From Coraliomargarita sp. (lineage in GTDB: Bacteria > Verrucomicrobiota > Verrucomicrobiia > Opitutales > Coraliomargaritaceae): a DNA stretch of 64,000 nt. The notes under the pieces were generated by a model, which saw only the letters and a program-made list of their open reading frames with translations, made no database searches and was not told where the DNA came from. Below, piece after piece: positions 51,550-62,368 of this stretch. A program made the translations under genes and the position numbers. Location of the stretch: assembly GCA_965216325.1 (NCBI GenBank), contig OZ244160.1:1408001-1472000 (forward strand). The letters run 5' to 3'. Position 1 is the first letter of the stretch; every line of letters begins with the position of its first letter.

Positions 51550-53691
51550 CTAGTCACAAGGCAGAGAGATTCGAAAACATGTGCCATGATTCAGCTCAGA
51601 ACTGACCGTAATATGTCCTTGGTGACGCTCAATGATTTTACTCACAATTGCCAGCCCCAGGCCGGTCCCGGCAGAGCCATGCCGAGCTCCGGTATCACGC
51701 GAGGTAGCAAACGGGTCGAAGATACGGTCCTGAAGGTCTTTGGAGATTCCCGGCCCATTGTCTGATATCTCCATCTCTAGCCAACGCTTCCGCTCATAGC
51801 GCCCTCCGCCACGCAAACTTGCCCGAAATGTGATCAAGCCCAATTCAGGTCGTTCTCCCCATTCACTAATCGCATTGATGCCATTCTCAATGATGTTGCG
51901 AACCACCTGTATCAGCTGCTCCAAATCTGCGTGTAATCTCGGCATATCTTTATCAAGCACGACCTCTAGCTGAACATTCTCAAGTGCTAAGCGCCCACTC
52001 ACCCCCGATTGAGCTTCAAAAATGACATCACGGATCGCAACACTCTCCATCGGACGCTTAGCATCCTGCGCAAAGGCAGAAACCCCCTCTACAATACCAA
52101 AGATTCGCTTTACATCACGTTGCACCGTAGCACTGAATTCTTCCGTCAACTTAAGTTCGGTCGGATTCTTCTTCAACAAACTCGTCATCGTTCGAACCGA
52201 AACCAATGGATTGCGTAACTCATGCGACAAGCCCGCAGCCATCGTCCCCAGAGAAACCAATTTCTCGACCTGATTGGACATCCGCTCCATCTCCCGAGAC
52301 TTAATGGTTAAGGCCAACTCTGCACAAAGATTTTCGAGCAATATTAGATCAACATCTGAGAAGGCCCCCGAACGGCGACTCGCACCGAGGACTAAGAAGC
52401 CATACAAGCTACCCTGAACTCCGATCGGCAAAAAGACATCCGAACTACGAAAGGGCAGATCCGAGTTAAACAGAGCCTGAAAGTTACTCCGAAAAGAACT
52501 CGATCGTTCCATCTTTTCCTCAAGGAAAATCGCATGACGTTGCCCCCGCAGGAAATCAACCAGCACTTCCAAGTTCGCACTTTCAATCGTTTTGACCGGC
52601 GTCCGCTCCCCTTGTATCGCCCGACATTCAAAACTAGAAGCCAAATCCCTGCGCACATAAACGGATGCAAAATCTAAACTCATTGCCCCGAAAATTCGCT
52701 CAACGACTACATCATAGACATCTCCTTCCGCTAGGCTTGAAACCACATCATCTGAAAGTTGACGCAATTCTTGGCGATACCCAAGCCTTCCCGAAATCAA
52801 TCGAGTCTGAATCAAATCATCAACATAACGAACAACAGGAGGGCATACAAACATCAACAGGGCACTAAGCAGTGTAAGCGCAGGCCACCAAAACAAAAAT
52901 GAACTTGGTGAAAAATCGACATAAGCAGCCTTGAGGACCAGAACCAATCCGACGGCGCAGAGCGCACCAAAAATAATTGAGAACAAAATCAGCCCCAAAA
53001 TCCGAAAAGCCATCTCACTGAAATCAAGGATGCGATATTTCAACATCGTATACCCTAAACCCATGAGATAGACAATCACCAGACCATGGCCAAAGGGCGG
53101 CACTTGAATCTCAAACCAAAGCAAAAAATTAGTCGAACCTCCTGCAAATCCGACTGCTGTCCCAATAAGTATGTAACGAAGTTTGTTCTTTGCCTCGATC
53201 TCCGACTTGCAGTATGTGTGAAACAGTAAGCCCACCCCCAAAACAGACATTAAGACATAGCCGCCAATGTAAACAGGAAACAAAACGCCGGGGACAGGCC
53301 AAAATTCAAAGCCCAAACGAGGTTCGACGCCTAAGACAATAAACTTCCCAAAATTTAAGCAGAATAAAATGGCTGCTAGCAGATATCCAGCATAGGCGAA
53401 CGCACGAAACTTCAGATTTTCGGTCAGATTAATTACAAAATGAAAATATGCGTACGGCACGAAGATGGATGCCCCTACCAAATACTTCACCCAGTATACT
53501 GCAGCAGCCTCCGTTTCAGCCAATTGCCATAACATATGAGCAAGAGCCCAGCAAAATATCGTAAAATTGAAGAAACAAAAAGTCTGATTCTTTCCATCGT
53601 CCAACTTAAGACCCTTAAGTAAAACGGATGCTATAAAATACAGCGTCAGGGCAGAAATAAAAAATGAACTAACAATCAAATATGCGATCAT
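51550..53691 (-). CDS. Membrane sensor histidine kinase (N-terminal 7TM-type region, GAF, HisKA, HATPase)
   Basis: Many TM helices; [42 protein letters not shown]. Confidence 0.9.
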   Translation of the reverse strand: MIAYLIVSSFFISALTLYFIASVLLKGLKLDDGKNQTFCFFNFTIFCWALAHMLWQLAETEAAAVYWVKYLVGASIFVPYAYFHFVINLTENLKFRAFAYAGYLLAAILFCLNFGKFIVLGVEPRLGFEFWPVPGVLFPVYIGGYVLMSVLGVGLLFHTYCKSEIEAKNKLRYILIGTAVGFAGGSTNFLLWFEIQVPPFGHGLVIVYLMGLGYTMLKYRILDFSEMAFRILGLILFSIIFGALCAVGLVLVLKAAYVDFSPSSFLFWWPALTLLSALLMFVCPPVVRYVDDLIQTRLISGRLGYRQELRQLSDDVVSSLAEGDVYDVVVERIFGAMSLDFASVYVRRDLASSFECRAIQGERTPVKTIESANLEVLVDFLRGQRHAIFLEEKMERSSSFRSNFQALFNSDLPFRSSDVFLPIGVQGSLYGFLVLGASRRSGAFSDVDLILLENLCAELALTIKSREMERMSNQVEKLVSLGTMAAGLSHELRNPLVSVRTMTSLLKKNPTELKLTEEFSATVQRDVKRIFGIVEGVSAFAQDAKRPMESVAIRDVIFEAQSGVSGRLALENVQLEVVLDKDMPRLHADLEQLIQVVRNIIENGINAISEWGERPELGLITFRASLRGGGRYERKRWLEMEISDNGPGISKDLQDRIFDPFATSRDTGARHGSAGTGLGLAIVSKIIERHQGHITVSSELNHGTCFRISLPCD

Positions 53692-55373
53692 CTTACAACC
53701 GATATTAAATTTGCCTGATCGCCAAAAGACCTAAAGAACTGCGCCCCCGAAAAACCCGCCAACCTAACCAGGTCAACCAGCTCTTCCTCACTATAAAACA
53801 CATAATGCCCCTCATCTTCTTTCAGCTGAATTGCGCCCGCAGCACTTAACAAACTCCTAGCAGAGTCTAGCGCATCTTCGGAGTCTGCTTCAGTAACAAA
53901 GCCCTTGTATATCAATGATAAATCACAGTACGGCTTCATACTTGAGACAATCATCTTACCCCCGGGCTTGAGTACACGATGAAGTTCAGACAATAAGACA
54001 CTGGGCTGCTTTAGGTAGGAGATTAATAGGCTGCAGCAGACTCGATCAATTGAAGCATCTGCGAAAGGCAAGCGCACTTGACTGGCTCCTCGACCATCTA
54101 ACTCATCTAAATCGAATCGATAATACAACATATCCAATCCCTCTCGGCCATGAATTTCATGAGTTAATGAGGAATGGCGTCGATGCGCCTCCGATAGGCC
54201 TTTGCCCGTAAGATCCAGACCAAAATATGTGGTCGGCAATTCCAGTGGATCTCGATTCTGCAAAGCTAAATCTCGTAAACACCAAGCGCCAAACATCCCA
54301 TTACCGCAACCACAATCCAAATAGACGAGTCCCGGTTCGGTAACTCCTAGGCATGAACCGATCAACGAAAGATAATCCCTGTAAGCACCGACAGCTTCAA
54401 GCATCTTGTATTTATCTAAATATTTTGCCCAAAAGTCCCCTTCACTCTCTCGAAGAGGGGCCATCGCCCTAAGGCGTTCGCGCTCGACCTTATTCTGACG
54501 AAAGACCTCCCGCCGGTCTGGGCTTAAGATTTCATACAGTTCATCCTGCCCTGCAAAACGCCCATGCCGACTCACATACACTGCCTGCATAATGGCTTCT
54601 ATCGCTAACTTCGGGTTCTCCATCAACTCGTGCATCGCGCCATCGACCAGCCGCAACTTTACACGTTCCGACTTAGCCGCCAAAGCATCTACTTCAGCCA
54701 ATTCAACCCATGCGTCTCTCTTCGCCGGAAAAAGAAATATGTCGCACTTAGCCTTACAGACATCCTCTAGAGTTCCATCTAGATCCTGCATGTCCGAATC
54801 AACAGCGGTCTTAAGAAACTGGTCTATATTGACTTCATGGCCCAAAATATCCCCAACACCTTGAATCGCTCCATCCATGTAGGCATTCACGATATCCTTC
54901 TGGCAAATCGTAGTGATTGTTGAGCGAAAGTTGACAATTGGAACCAAACATACCAAGCGCTCAATTCGATGATCGAGACTCGCAGCGCGAATCGCACAAC
55001 GCCCCGACATACTATTAGCCTGCAGCGTTACTGAGTGCACATGATGTTGAATCTCAAGAAAATCAATTGCAGCGAGTATATCATCCACTCCATTCGGAAG
55101 CGTATAATTCTGAATTTCGCCCTCGCTTTCTCCAATGTGATTTGTCTGGTCAAAGCGCAACACACGGAACCCATTTACAGCAAAGTAATAAGCGAGTTGT
55201 AAGTTATTCTTTTTCGACTGCCCATACTTCGGGGCCATCACAACAAAAGGAGCACTCGGCATCTTACTAGGCGTGTCGATGTACCCAACAATCTTCTTAC
55301 CATTGCGAGAAGGGAAGACAACCACTTCGCTCCGGATACTTATCTCGCTGGCATCCTGAACCTCAATCGACAT
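53688..55373 (-). CDS. LuxD-like acyl-ACP thioesterase/acyltransferase fused to a class I SAM methyltransferase
   Basis: N-half [46 protein letters not shown] parallel LuxD motifs; C-half [25 protein letters not shown]. Confidence 0.8.
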   Translation of the reverse strand: MSIEVQDASEISIRSEVVVFPSRNGKKIVGYIDTPSKMPSAPFVVMAPKYGQSKKNNLQLAYYFAVNGFRVLRFDQTNHIGESEGEIQNYTLPNGVDDILAAIDFLEIQHHVHSVTLQANSMSGRCAIRAASLDHRIERLVCLVPIVNFRSTITTICQKDIVNAYMDGAIQGVGDILGHEVNIDQFLKTAVDSDMQDLDGTLEDVCKAKCDIFLFPAKRDAWVELAEVDALAAKSERVKLRLVDGAMHELMENPKLAIEAIMQAVYVSRHGRFAGQDELYEILSPDRREVFRQNKVERERLRAMAPLRESEGDFWAKYLDKYKMLEAVGAYRDYLSLIGSCLGVTEPGLVYLDCGCGNGMFGAWCLRDLALQNRDPLELPTTYFGLDLTGKGLSEAHRRHSSLTHEIHGREGLDMLYYRFDLDELDGRGASQVRLPFADASIDRVCCSLLISYLKQPSVLLSELHRVLKPGGKMIVSSMKPYCDLSLIYKGFVTEADSEDALDSARSLLSAAGAIQLKEDEGHYVFYSEEELVDLVRLAGFSGAQFFRSFGDQANLISVVR

Positions 55374-55570
55374 GACTAGTATTGATATTCACTGCGCGCA
55401 TCAGAGCCAGCTATGTATTCAATTTCAAATACAAAATACGCTAGAGACCGCATAAAATGGCTAAAATTCACCTAATTTGAAAAGAATTGAAGTTGCACTA
55501 ACGCTCAATAAGTCTCAGAAATATCAAAACCGCGCTCAGCGGCAAATCACAACACTGCGCTACCTTTTGA

Positions 55571-57574
55571 GTGACCCACCTATTGTTCATCACGTCTGGA
55601 GATGACATCCCGGAACATCTACGGGAGGCATTCACAGCGCCGGAGATACGCACGGTCACGCGAACAACCGTCAGTGAAGTTCAACAAGCACTGCAACATG
55701 GAGCCTTCGACATCGCCCTGCTCCATGGCGATTTTCAGAGTGATCACTTGCGACAAAGTATCGAAGACCTACGCGTACACTCGGCAAACGTCTTCATCAT
55801 TGCAATCGCAACAACTTACGACGAGTCAGACGAAGCAGTCGCGTTCGATGCAGGCGCAAATCTGTATTTTGCCGAGCCTATTCCAACGCAGACGATTACG
55901 CGCCTAGTGCAGAGTCAGGCAGCCGGCACACAGGAAGCCCCAAGCCAGACAATTCGCCATAGCCACCAGGAATCGGCAGACGACCACTCGACCGCTTCCA
56001 CCCTAAAAACCATTCGCGATTTCTCCAATATCCTGAGCTACAGCTTGGATTACAAGGCCTTCACGCAGCAGTTTATCCTCAAGCTGCGTGACCACATAAG
56101 TTTTAGTCGAATTGGAATTTTTCTCGAAGCCTCAGCCAAACAATCTCTGGTTAAGAGCAAACCGACCAAGCCGCTGGAATGCGTCGCATCCCTTGGACTA
56201 CCGTCCGACCTCGTCGACTGCTTTCAGCTCAGTCGATCAGTTGGCATCGGGCGCACGCTCTGCGAACACCCCCGGATCTTAAGTAAGCAGCAGCATACCC
56301 AGAACCCGTTTGATCATGATGCGTCCATTCGCAAGGAATTTGACATCCTTGGCTGCCACACCGCAGTGCCGATCACAGACCGCGAGCAATTAATCGGACT
56401 CGCGGTGCTCAATGGACCCGTCACCGGCCGTCACTACTCGGAGGCAGAACTGCAACTCCTCTTCATTCTGATGGAAGAGCTCGGACTTGCGATACGTAAT
56501 AGCCGCTTACACACCGAGCTCGCGAGCCACGGACAACTCATTGACAGTGTACTGAGCTCCATGTCCAGCGGTGCAATTGTCATCGGCGAAGACCTGAGTA
56601 TTCTCTACACGAATCGGTCAGCCAATGAATTTCTGAAGCTACCCAGGCTCGACAACACGCCACCGCTGTGGGCAGATTTACCCACCAAGCTTGCGGGCCC
56701 GCTGCATCGTGCAGTCGAAAAAGGTGAGCTCCCTGAGCCCTTCACGCTGAATGCAGCCGACGGCACGATCTACCGGGCCTCAGTCATTCCATTCACTCAG
56801 GAAGATGAATTAGCCCTCCTTCCACGGCCAGTCATGGTGATCATTGAAGACTTCACTAACATTGAAGCCAGTAAAGCATCCGAAGTCGCCAACACACGCA
56901 ATGAAGTCGTCAGCCTCATCGCCAAACGCTTTGCCCATGAGATCCGCAACTCGCTGGTGCCACTGTCAACGCATGCACAATTGATCGACAAGAAAATCGA
57001 GCAGCCCGCGTTTCAAGCATCACTCAAGTCCGCTCTGCTCAAGGAAACCAACCGCATTAAGCGCTTCAGCGAACAAATGCTCTATCTGGCGCAAGACTCG
57101 ATCTCAGCCGACAACGGACTCGACCTGGTTCAGTTAATCCACGCTGCGTTCAGTGCAGCAAAGAAACATTTAGACGCTCGCGAAGTCGAACTGGTCACCA
57201 CTGGATCGCCAGAAGATTGCCTGGCCAAGGGAAATACTGAAGCACTCAGTTTTGTCTTCCAGGAGCTCTTCCTCAACGCGATCCAATCACAGGGAGGCCC
57301 AGGCACCATCGAAATCGAAATCACAACTGGCGGAGCCGATACCCTGCGCATTCGAATCAAAGACAGCGGACCGGGCTTCTCCCAAGAAGTCATGCGTCAG
57401 GCCACTGAACCTTTCTACACAACACGCAACACCGGAGTGGGATTGGGACTTTCCATTGCACAGAAAATCATCCAAGAGCACAACGGCCAGCTACGCCTGA
57501 ATGCACGCACTCCCGGAGCAGAATGGGATATTGAAATCGAACTACAATCACTACTCACCACGACCAATGGATAA
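55571..57574 (+). CDS. Cytoplasmic histidine kinase (pseudo-receiver, GAF, PAS-like, HisKA, HATPase)
   Basis: AFDAGANLYFAEP receiver-like end; YSEAELQLL; FAHEIRNSL; DSGPG; PFYTT..GVGLGL. Confidence 0.85.
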   Translation: MTHLLFITSGDDIPEHLREAFTAPEIRTVTRTTVSEVQQALQHGAFDIALLHGDFQSDHLRQSIEDLRVHSANVFIIAIATTYDESDEAVAFDAGANLYFAEPIPTQTITRLVQSQAAGTQEAPSQTIRHSHQESADDHSTASTLKTIRDFSNILSYSLDYKAFTQQFILKLRDHISFSRIGIFLEASAKQSLVKSKPTKPLECVASLGLPSDLVDCFQLSRSVGIGRTLCEHPRILSKQQHTQNPFDHDASIRKEFDILGCHTAVPITDREQLIGLAVLNGPVTGRHYSEAELQLLFILMEELGLAIRNSRLHTELASHGQLIDSVLSSMSSGAIVIGEDLSILYTNRSANEFLKLPRLDNTPPLWADLPTKLAGPLHRAVEKGELPEPFTLNAADGTIYRASVIPFTQEDELALLPRPVMVIIEDFTNIEASKASEVANTRNEVVSLIAKRFAHEIRNSLVPLSTHAQLIDKKIEQPAFQASLKSALLKETNRIKRFSEQMLYLAQDSISADNGLDLVQLIHAAFSAAKKHLDAREVELVTTGSPEDCLAKGNTEALSFVFQELFLNAIQSQGGPGTIEIEITTGGADTLRIRIKDSGPGFSQEVMRQATEPFYTTRNTGVGLGLSIAQKIIQEHNGQLRLNARTPGAEWDIEIELQSLLTTTNG

Positions 57575-58757
57575 GCGAATCCACACACTCTTCACCCTCG
57601 GCAGCAGCCTTCTCCTCACCGGATCCATCGCAACGGCAGCTGCGACGCGAGTCGCCTACATCGATCCATTTGCCACTGCCCGTGGGAATGCATTTACCGC
57701 AACGGCCGACAACCCATCTGCGGTCTTCTACAATGCAGCAGGTCTGACGCAATTAGAAGGCAGTCAGGTGCAAGCCAACGTGTTCGCGATCTCTCTCGCC
57801 TACGAACAGGACAGTAGCCTTGGACTCGGCAGTCAGGATATGGACGATGACTTCCAACCTATCCCCAGCTTCTTCGCTGCTCATCGCTTTGAGAATAGCG
57901 ATATCGCGCTGGGCTTTGGCGCCTACGCACCGTTCGCCCTGGGCTCCGATTGGGGCAGTGATGCTGACTTTGCAGTCATTGACCCGCGGGTTCCCTACGA
58001 AGGTGAACTCGCCTACGTCAAATACCACCTCGCTCTCGCATGGCAGATTACTGAAACGCTCTCTGTTGCAATCGGCACGAGCTACGACGATGTCGATCTG
58101 GAGGTGAAAGCCAACGCACTGAAATTTGATAGCGATGGCGACGACATCGGCTTTTCCGCATCCGTTCTCTGGCAACCGAATGAACGGCATTCCTTCGGCC
58201 TCAACTACCAAGCCCGCACGAACATCAGGCATGAAGGTAAAGCCGACCTCCTCGTCGCACCAGACACCTTTCTACGCTTCGACGCGGAAGCCGATTTGGA
58301 CTACCCCGAGTCAATCGTTTTCGGATACTCCTACCGCCCTAATGAGCATTGGAATATCGAGTTCAACCTCGACTGGACGAACTGGGACATCATCGACACA
58401 TTCGACCTAAAGGGTCCTCCCGGTGATCTTGGCTATGTTTTAAACTGGGAATCTGCCTTTATCTGGGAACTCGGAGCCACTCGCTATTTTGACAACGGCT
58501 GGCACATCAGCGCAGGCTACACCTTCGTGGAAGATGCCGTGCCGGACGAAGGCTTCTTGCCTATAGTGCCAGACAATGACCGCCATTTCTTCTCGATAGG
58601 CGTCGGGCAAACGATCGGGCAATTCTACTGGCAAGCAACTTACCAGTATACCTACTCAGACGAACGCTCGGTCAACAACCCGAACCTACCCTCCATCGCA
58701 GGAGATTATGACTTAGACAGTCAAGCAGTTGCGTTCTCGCTCGGCTATCGCTGGTAA
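57567..58757 (+). CDS. FadL/OmpP1/TodX family outer-membrane long-chain fatty-acid/hydrophobic compound channel
   Basis: Signal peptide, ARGNAFTATADNPSAVFYNAAGLTQL hatch motif, YAPFAL, beta-barrel ending GYRW; ATG 57567 overlaps the kinase stop. Confidence 0.85.
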   Translation: MDKRIHTLFTLGSSLLLTGSIATAAATRVAYIDPFATARGNAFTATADNPSAVFYNAAGLTQLEGSQVQANVFAISLAYEQDSSLGLGSQDMDDDFQPIPSFFAAHRFENSDIALGFGAYAPFALGSDWGSDADFAVIDPRVPYEGELAYVKYHLALAWQITETLSVAIGTSYDDVDLEVKANALKFDSDGDDIGFSASVLWQPNERHSFGLNYQARTNIRHEGKADLLVAPDTFLRFDAEADLDYPESIVFGYSYRPNEHWNIEFNLDWTNWDIIDTFDLKGPPGDLGYVLNWESAFIWELGATRYFDNGWHISAGYTFVEDAVPDEGFLPIVPDNDRHFFSIGVGQTIGQFYWQATYQYTYSDERSVNNPNLPSIAGDYDLDSQAVAFSLGYRW

Positions 58758-58759
58758 GC

Positions 58760-59494
58760 TCACTCCCACAGACCCTGCTCAATCATCTGTTGAGTCGCCT
58801 GCTCGGCCCAGCCTCGATTCGCGGCAGGACTGGCTGGGCTCGGGTGTAAGACCCGACCGACCTGGACATCCATCCCCTTAAGCGCTTCGTTGGCACGCGT
58901 CTGCGCGAAGGCTCCCACACCAATCAACCATTCGGGCTGCAGGGCTTCCACCAACTCACGAAGATGCTGATCACACACCTCATAGAGTGCTGCGATCTCG
59001 GCTGCCGGTAACTTATCGGGCGTGCGATTTTTACCGCCCTCCTCCATGAAGACCAAAGGGCAGTAGTTCGCGACGAAATGATTGGCAAAAAATGCATCCG
59101 CGGAGCCAAAGCGCTCTTTGAACAGCCCCCAGAGTCGACGACCACTGACTTCGCTACGTTGACAGTCAAAGCCGTCAATCGGGCGCTTCGGGTGCTCATT
59201 GGCAGGCTTCGCAACCGGCTCATGAATCCCCACCCAATCACGGATCAATGAAATCTCGCCAAACGGAACCCCACATTGCGCCATCCCAAACGGCCCCGGA
59301 TTCATCCCAAGGAACACGACCTGCTTTTTCGACGCTGCATAGCGCTCCAAATACACTTGGTGCGGCTGCCATGCGTAATCAAGTGGATTATACACCACAG
59401 CGGTTGGAGCCGAAAACGCCAAGGCGTCGACGGCAGCCGACAGTTTCCGCGCAGCGGCAATGCTAGCTTTGGCAATGGAACTACTTGGCATCAT
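58760..59494 (-). CDS. SMUG1-type (family 3) uracil-DNA glycosylase
   Basis: YNPLDYA, GMNPGPFGMAQCGVPFG, EVSGRRLW, NYCPL, HPSPASP. Confidence 0.88.
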   Translation of the reverse strand: MMPSSSIAKASIAAARKLSAAVDALAFSAPTAVVYNPLDYAWQPHQVYLERYAASKKQVVFLGMNPGPFGMAQCGVPFGEISLIRDWVGIHEPVAKPANEHPKRPIDGFDCQRSEVSGRRLWGLFKERFGSADAFFANHFVANYCPLVFMEEGGKNRTPDKLPAAEIAALYEVCDQHLRELVEALQPEWLIGVGAFAQTRANEALKGMDVQVGRVLHPSPASPAANRGWAEQATQQMIEQGLWE

Positions 59495-59780
59495 TATCCT
59501 GCCCCTGCACATCACTGTGCCCAAGATCACGCTCTGGTGCGATCTGATCTCGAATCAATTGCTTCAACTCCTTCATCTCCGGAAAGCCTCCCTTCGACTT
59601 GCGATCCCAGATTTCGTGCCCATCCAGCGTCACTAAAAAGCGACCACTCGTTTCCGACGGGCGCAAGGTCACGCCACCCAGTTCTTTCTCAAAAGTCGTC
59701 AGTAATTCCTGTGCAGACCAGCCGGCCCGAAGTAACCAGCGACAACCGGTGCAGTATTCAATTTCAACAGTTGGCTTCAT
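59481..59780 (-). CDS. SelT/SelW/SelH (Rdx) family protein
   Basis: IEYCTGCRWLLRA, QELLTTF, GGFP, LGH. Confidence 0.88.
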   Translation of the reverse strand: MKPTVEIEYCTGCRWLLRAGWSAQELLTTFEKELGGVTLRPSETSGRFLVTLDGHEIWDRKSKGGFPEMKELKQLIRDQIAPERDLGHSDVQGQDNDAK

Positions 59781-60273
59781 CAATCAATGTGGGTTGAATC
59801 AATTCAAGTTCTATAGCGGGAAGGGCATCAACTACGTCCTGTATTGGTTTTCCAAATACGACAAGATCCGGCGCAATATCGCACAAGGGCTTCGCCACAA
59901 AATCACGCTCCGCAATTCGCGGGTGCGGCAAACTCAAGCGCTCAGTCGCAAGCTGGACATTGCCAAAGATCAAAAGATCTAAATCGATCGTGCGAGGTGC
60001 CCAAGCATCACTACGCACACGTCCAAGCTGCGACTCCACAGACAAGCATGCATCCAGTAAGGCCTCTGGCGACAGTCCGGTTTCGATGCAGGCAACCGCG
60101 TTCAAAAAGTCATCGGCATCCCCCATCCCGACGGCACGATTTTGATACACCGGACTGGTTTTCTGAACACGCACCGAATAATCCGACTCGAGCAACCTAA
60201 GCGCCTGCTGCATCTGCCCGAGTCGATCCCCGAGATTACTCCCGAGGGCGACATACGCAGTCGCTAGCGGCAC
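59764..60273 (-). CDS. folK: 2-amino-4-hydroxy-6-hydroxymethyldihydropteridine diphosphokinase
   Basis: ALGSNLGDR, FLNAV, PRTIDLDLL, PHPR; GTG start placed at 60273. Confidence 0.92.
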   Translation of the reverse strand: MPLATAYVALGSNLGDRLGQMQQALRLLESDYSVRVQKTSPVYQNRAVGMGDADDFLNAVACIETGLSPEALLDACLSVESQLGRVRSDAWAPRTIDLDLLIFGNVQLATERLSLPHPRIAERDFVAKPLCDIAPDLVVFGKPIQDVVDALPAIELELIQPTLIDEANC

Positions 60274-60629
60274 CTCGAAACCTCCGCCGCAAAATAGTCG
60301 CAAATGCAGTCGACCGGCACCGATGGCTTCTCGACCTTAACCGACACTTCGACCACTTTTTCAAAACGCTCTAGAATCTCGCGGCAGATTGTATCTGCGC
60401 AGCTTTCGATGAGGTTAAAGCGGAAGCCGACAAAGATCTCCTTCACGACTGCATAGACCTCCACATAGTTCACCGTGGCGTCTGTGTGATCACTTTCGAA
60501 ATCCAAGCCCGACTCCAGACTCAGCTGAACATCGACCTTGAAGCGCTGTCCCAGCTCAGCCTCCGCTTTGAGCGCACCGTGATGGGCATAGAATACGAGC
60601 CCCTTGAGTTCGAGTTTGGTTTTATTCAT
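60264..60629 (-). CDS. folB: Dihydroneopterin aldolase
   Basis: FYAHHG..E..LGQRF, TVNY, LIE, VEKP. Confidence 0.92.
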   Translation of the reverse strand: MNKTKLELKGLVFYAHHGALKAEAELGQRFKVDVQLSLESGLDFESDHTDATVNYVEVYAVVKEIFVGFRFNLIESCADTICREILERFEKVVEVSVKVEKPSVPVDCICDYFAAEVSRCR

Positions 60630-60635
60630 TTGAAG

Positions 60636-60709
60636 AAAGTTAGCAGCAAGTCGCTAGAAGAGAGAAGAAAATACGCCTGTCATCATTCTGACTCCTGACT
60701 GCTGACTTT
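60636..60709. repeat. Heptamer-periodic imperfect inverted repeat
   Basis: AAAGTTAGCAGCAAGTCGCTAGAA ... TTCTGACTCCTGACTGCTGACTTT. Confidence 0.5.
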
Positions 60710-61554
60710 TATTTTTGTCGAAGACAAAAATCCAGCACATCCGCACATTCGCGGTTTTCACGAACGTCGTGCACACGGATAAAATCGATTCCAGCCTGAA
60801 CCGCAAGTGCAGTCGTCCCCAGCGTGCCACTCAAGCGTGCCTTCGGATCCTTCAACTCAAGCAGCTTTGCAATCATCGACTTGCGCGATGCACCCAACAG
60901 CACGGGATAACCGAGGTCATTCAACTCGGGTAAGCGGCGCATGATCTCCCAGTTCTCTTCGTAGGTTTTCCCAAAGCCGAGACCGGGGTCCAACAGGATG
61001 GCATCCTCACGCACACCTGCTGCTTTCACTTTCGCAACCGAGGTCTCCAGAAAGCTGCGAATCGCTTCAAGCACATCGCCCTGCCCCGCTTCCTCCGCAG
61101 GTCGGTTGTGCATCAAAATACAGGCCGCGCCATGCCGACCAATCACAGACGCCATCTCCGGATCTCGTTGTGCGCCCCAGACGTCATTCACGATATCCGC
61201 TCCCGCCCGCAGAGCTGCGTCCGCCACGACGGCCTTGGAGGTATCAATCGAAATGAGGGCATCTGTCTGCGCACGCGCCCGCTCAATAAAGGGCACCACT
61301 CGACGTATTTCCTCATCCGCCGCAACGGGTTCATGCCCCGGACGTGTCGACTCACCACCGACATCAATCATATCTGCCCCGGCATCAAGCATCGCACGCG
61401 TCTGCACCCATGCCTGCGCTACATCAACGAACTCACCACCATCTGAAAACGAATCGGGGGTCACATTGAGTATCCCCATCAGGTAGGTTTTGCCGCCAAG
61501 CGGTAAGCTGCGGCGTGGTGTAAAGTAACTTCGATGCTTCATACGATCAGACAT
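60709..61554 (-). CDS. folP: Dihydropteroate synthase
   Basis: MGILNVTPDSFSDGG, GGESTRPG, DPGLGFGK, SRKS, RVHDV; start 61554 or 61542. Confidence 0.95.
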   Translation of the reverse strand: MSDRMKHRSYFTPRRSLPLGGKTYLMGILNVTPDSFSDGGEFVDVAQAWVQTRAMLDAGADMIDVGGESTRPGHEPVAADEEIRRVVPFIERARAQTDALISIDTSKAVVADAALRAGADIVNDVWGAQRDPEMASVIGRHGAACILMHNRPAEEAGQGDVLEAIRSFLETSVAKVKAAGVREDAILLDPGLGFGKTYEENWEIMRRLPELNDLGYPVLLGASRKSMIAKLLELKDPKARLSGTLGTTALAVQAGIDFIRVHDVRENRECADVLDFCLRQK

Positions 61555-62368
61555 CCATCCGATGCTCGGTTTCATAGTCCGCCAAAGCATGCGACAGCTC
61601 CAAAATCGCCGGCATGAGTTCACTCGTTTCATACGCCACACCGGCACCGCTTAAACGATGCACCGGCAAAACACCTACGGAAGCGTTGGTCACAAAGGCA
61701 CCATCGATGTCGCTGAGCGCATCCAGCCCGAAACTCCCCTCAATCACCTCCAGTTGCATGTCACGCGCAAGCTGCAAGACCAACTCACGGCGCGTTCCCG
61801 GCAGAACCCCACAGCGTAGGGACGGCGTCTGCAATCGACCGTCACGGATGAAATAGAAATTCCCGACAGCCGTCTCAGCCAACTCCCCGACCGTGTTCAC
61901 ACGTAGCACATCACTATAGCCCGCGGACTTTGCCTCTAACAAGAGCAGCAGATTCTCCATGTAGTTGTGCGTCTTGTGCCCAGCCAAGGGAGAACTCTCA
62001 TTAATCGGTGCATCGCTGCGCAGTTGGAGCGAAATCGACTTCGGACAGCTATGGCTCGGACGTGAATAGATGAACAACTTGGTCTGTGCCCCTTCGCGCA
62101 ACAACGACAGTTTAATGACTGCATTGAGCAATCCATCCGTGCCAACGAGTTCTCGAATGCCGCCGAGGACCTCTGCCGCGGATACGTCACAATCCAAGCC
62201 CAGAGCCTCTGCCGAACTCATGAAACGATGCCAATGCGCATCAAAAAGATACAAGCGCCCAGCCGCCAGCTTCATGGTTTCAAAGATGCCAAATCCGTGC
62301 GCAAAACCCGACTCACGGGGATCCAGCTCGGCAAATTGAGACGCGGTTAAGACGGTCGGCTTTGGCAT
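61547..62368 (-). CDS. pabC: Class IV aminotransferase, probable 4-amino-4-deoxychorismate lyase
   Basis: HGFGIFETM, HKTHNY, LPGTRR, AFVTNA; lies between pabB and folP. Confidence 0.75.
   Translation of the reverse strand: MPKPTVLTASQFAELDPRESGFAHGFGIFETMKLAAGRLYLFDAHWHRFMSSAEALGLDCDVSAAEVLGGIRELVGTDGLLNAVIKLSLLREGAQTKLFIYSRPSHSCPKSISLQLRSDAPINESSPLAGHKTHNYMENLLLLLEAKSAGYSDVLRVNTVGELAETAVGNFYFIRDGRLQTPSLRCGVLPGTRRELVLQLARDMQLEVIEGSFGLDALSDIDGAFVTNASVGVLPVHRLSGAGVAYETSELMPAILELSHALADYETEHRMDV

Noticed and set aside
53688..55373. Bioluminescence (lux) operon
   Set aside because: No luxA/B/C/E homologues in the window; only the LuxD-like domain is present.
55374..55570. Sigma54 promoter or operator for the synthase operon
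   Set aside because: The best TGGC..GC candidate is off by one base in spacing, and the inverted TTCAATTTCAAAT-like match is too loose in AT-rich DNA.
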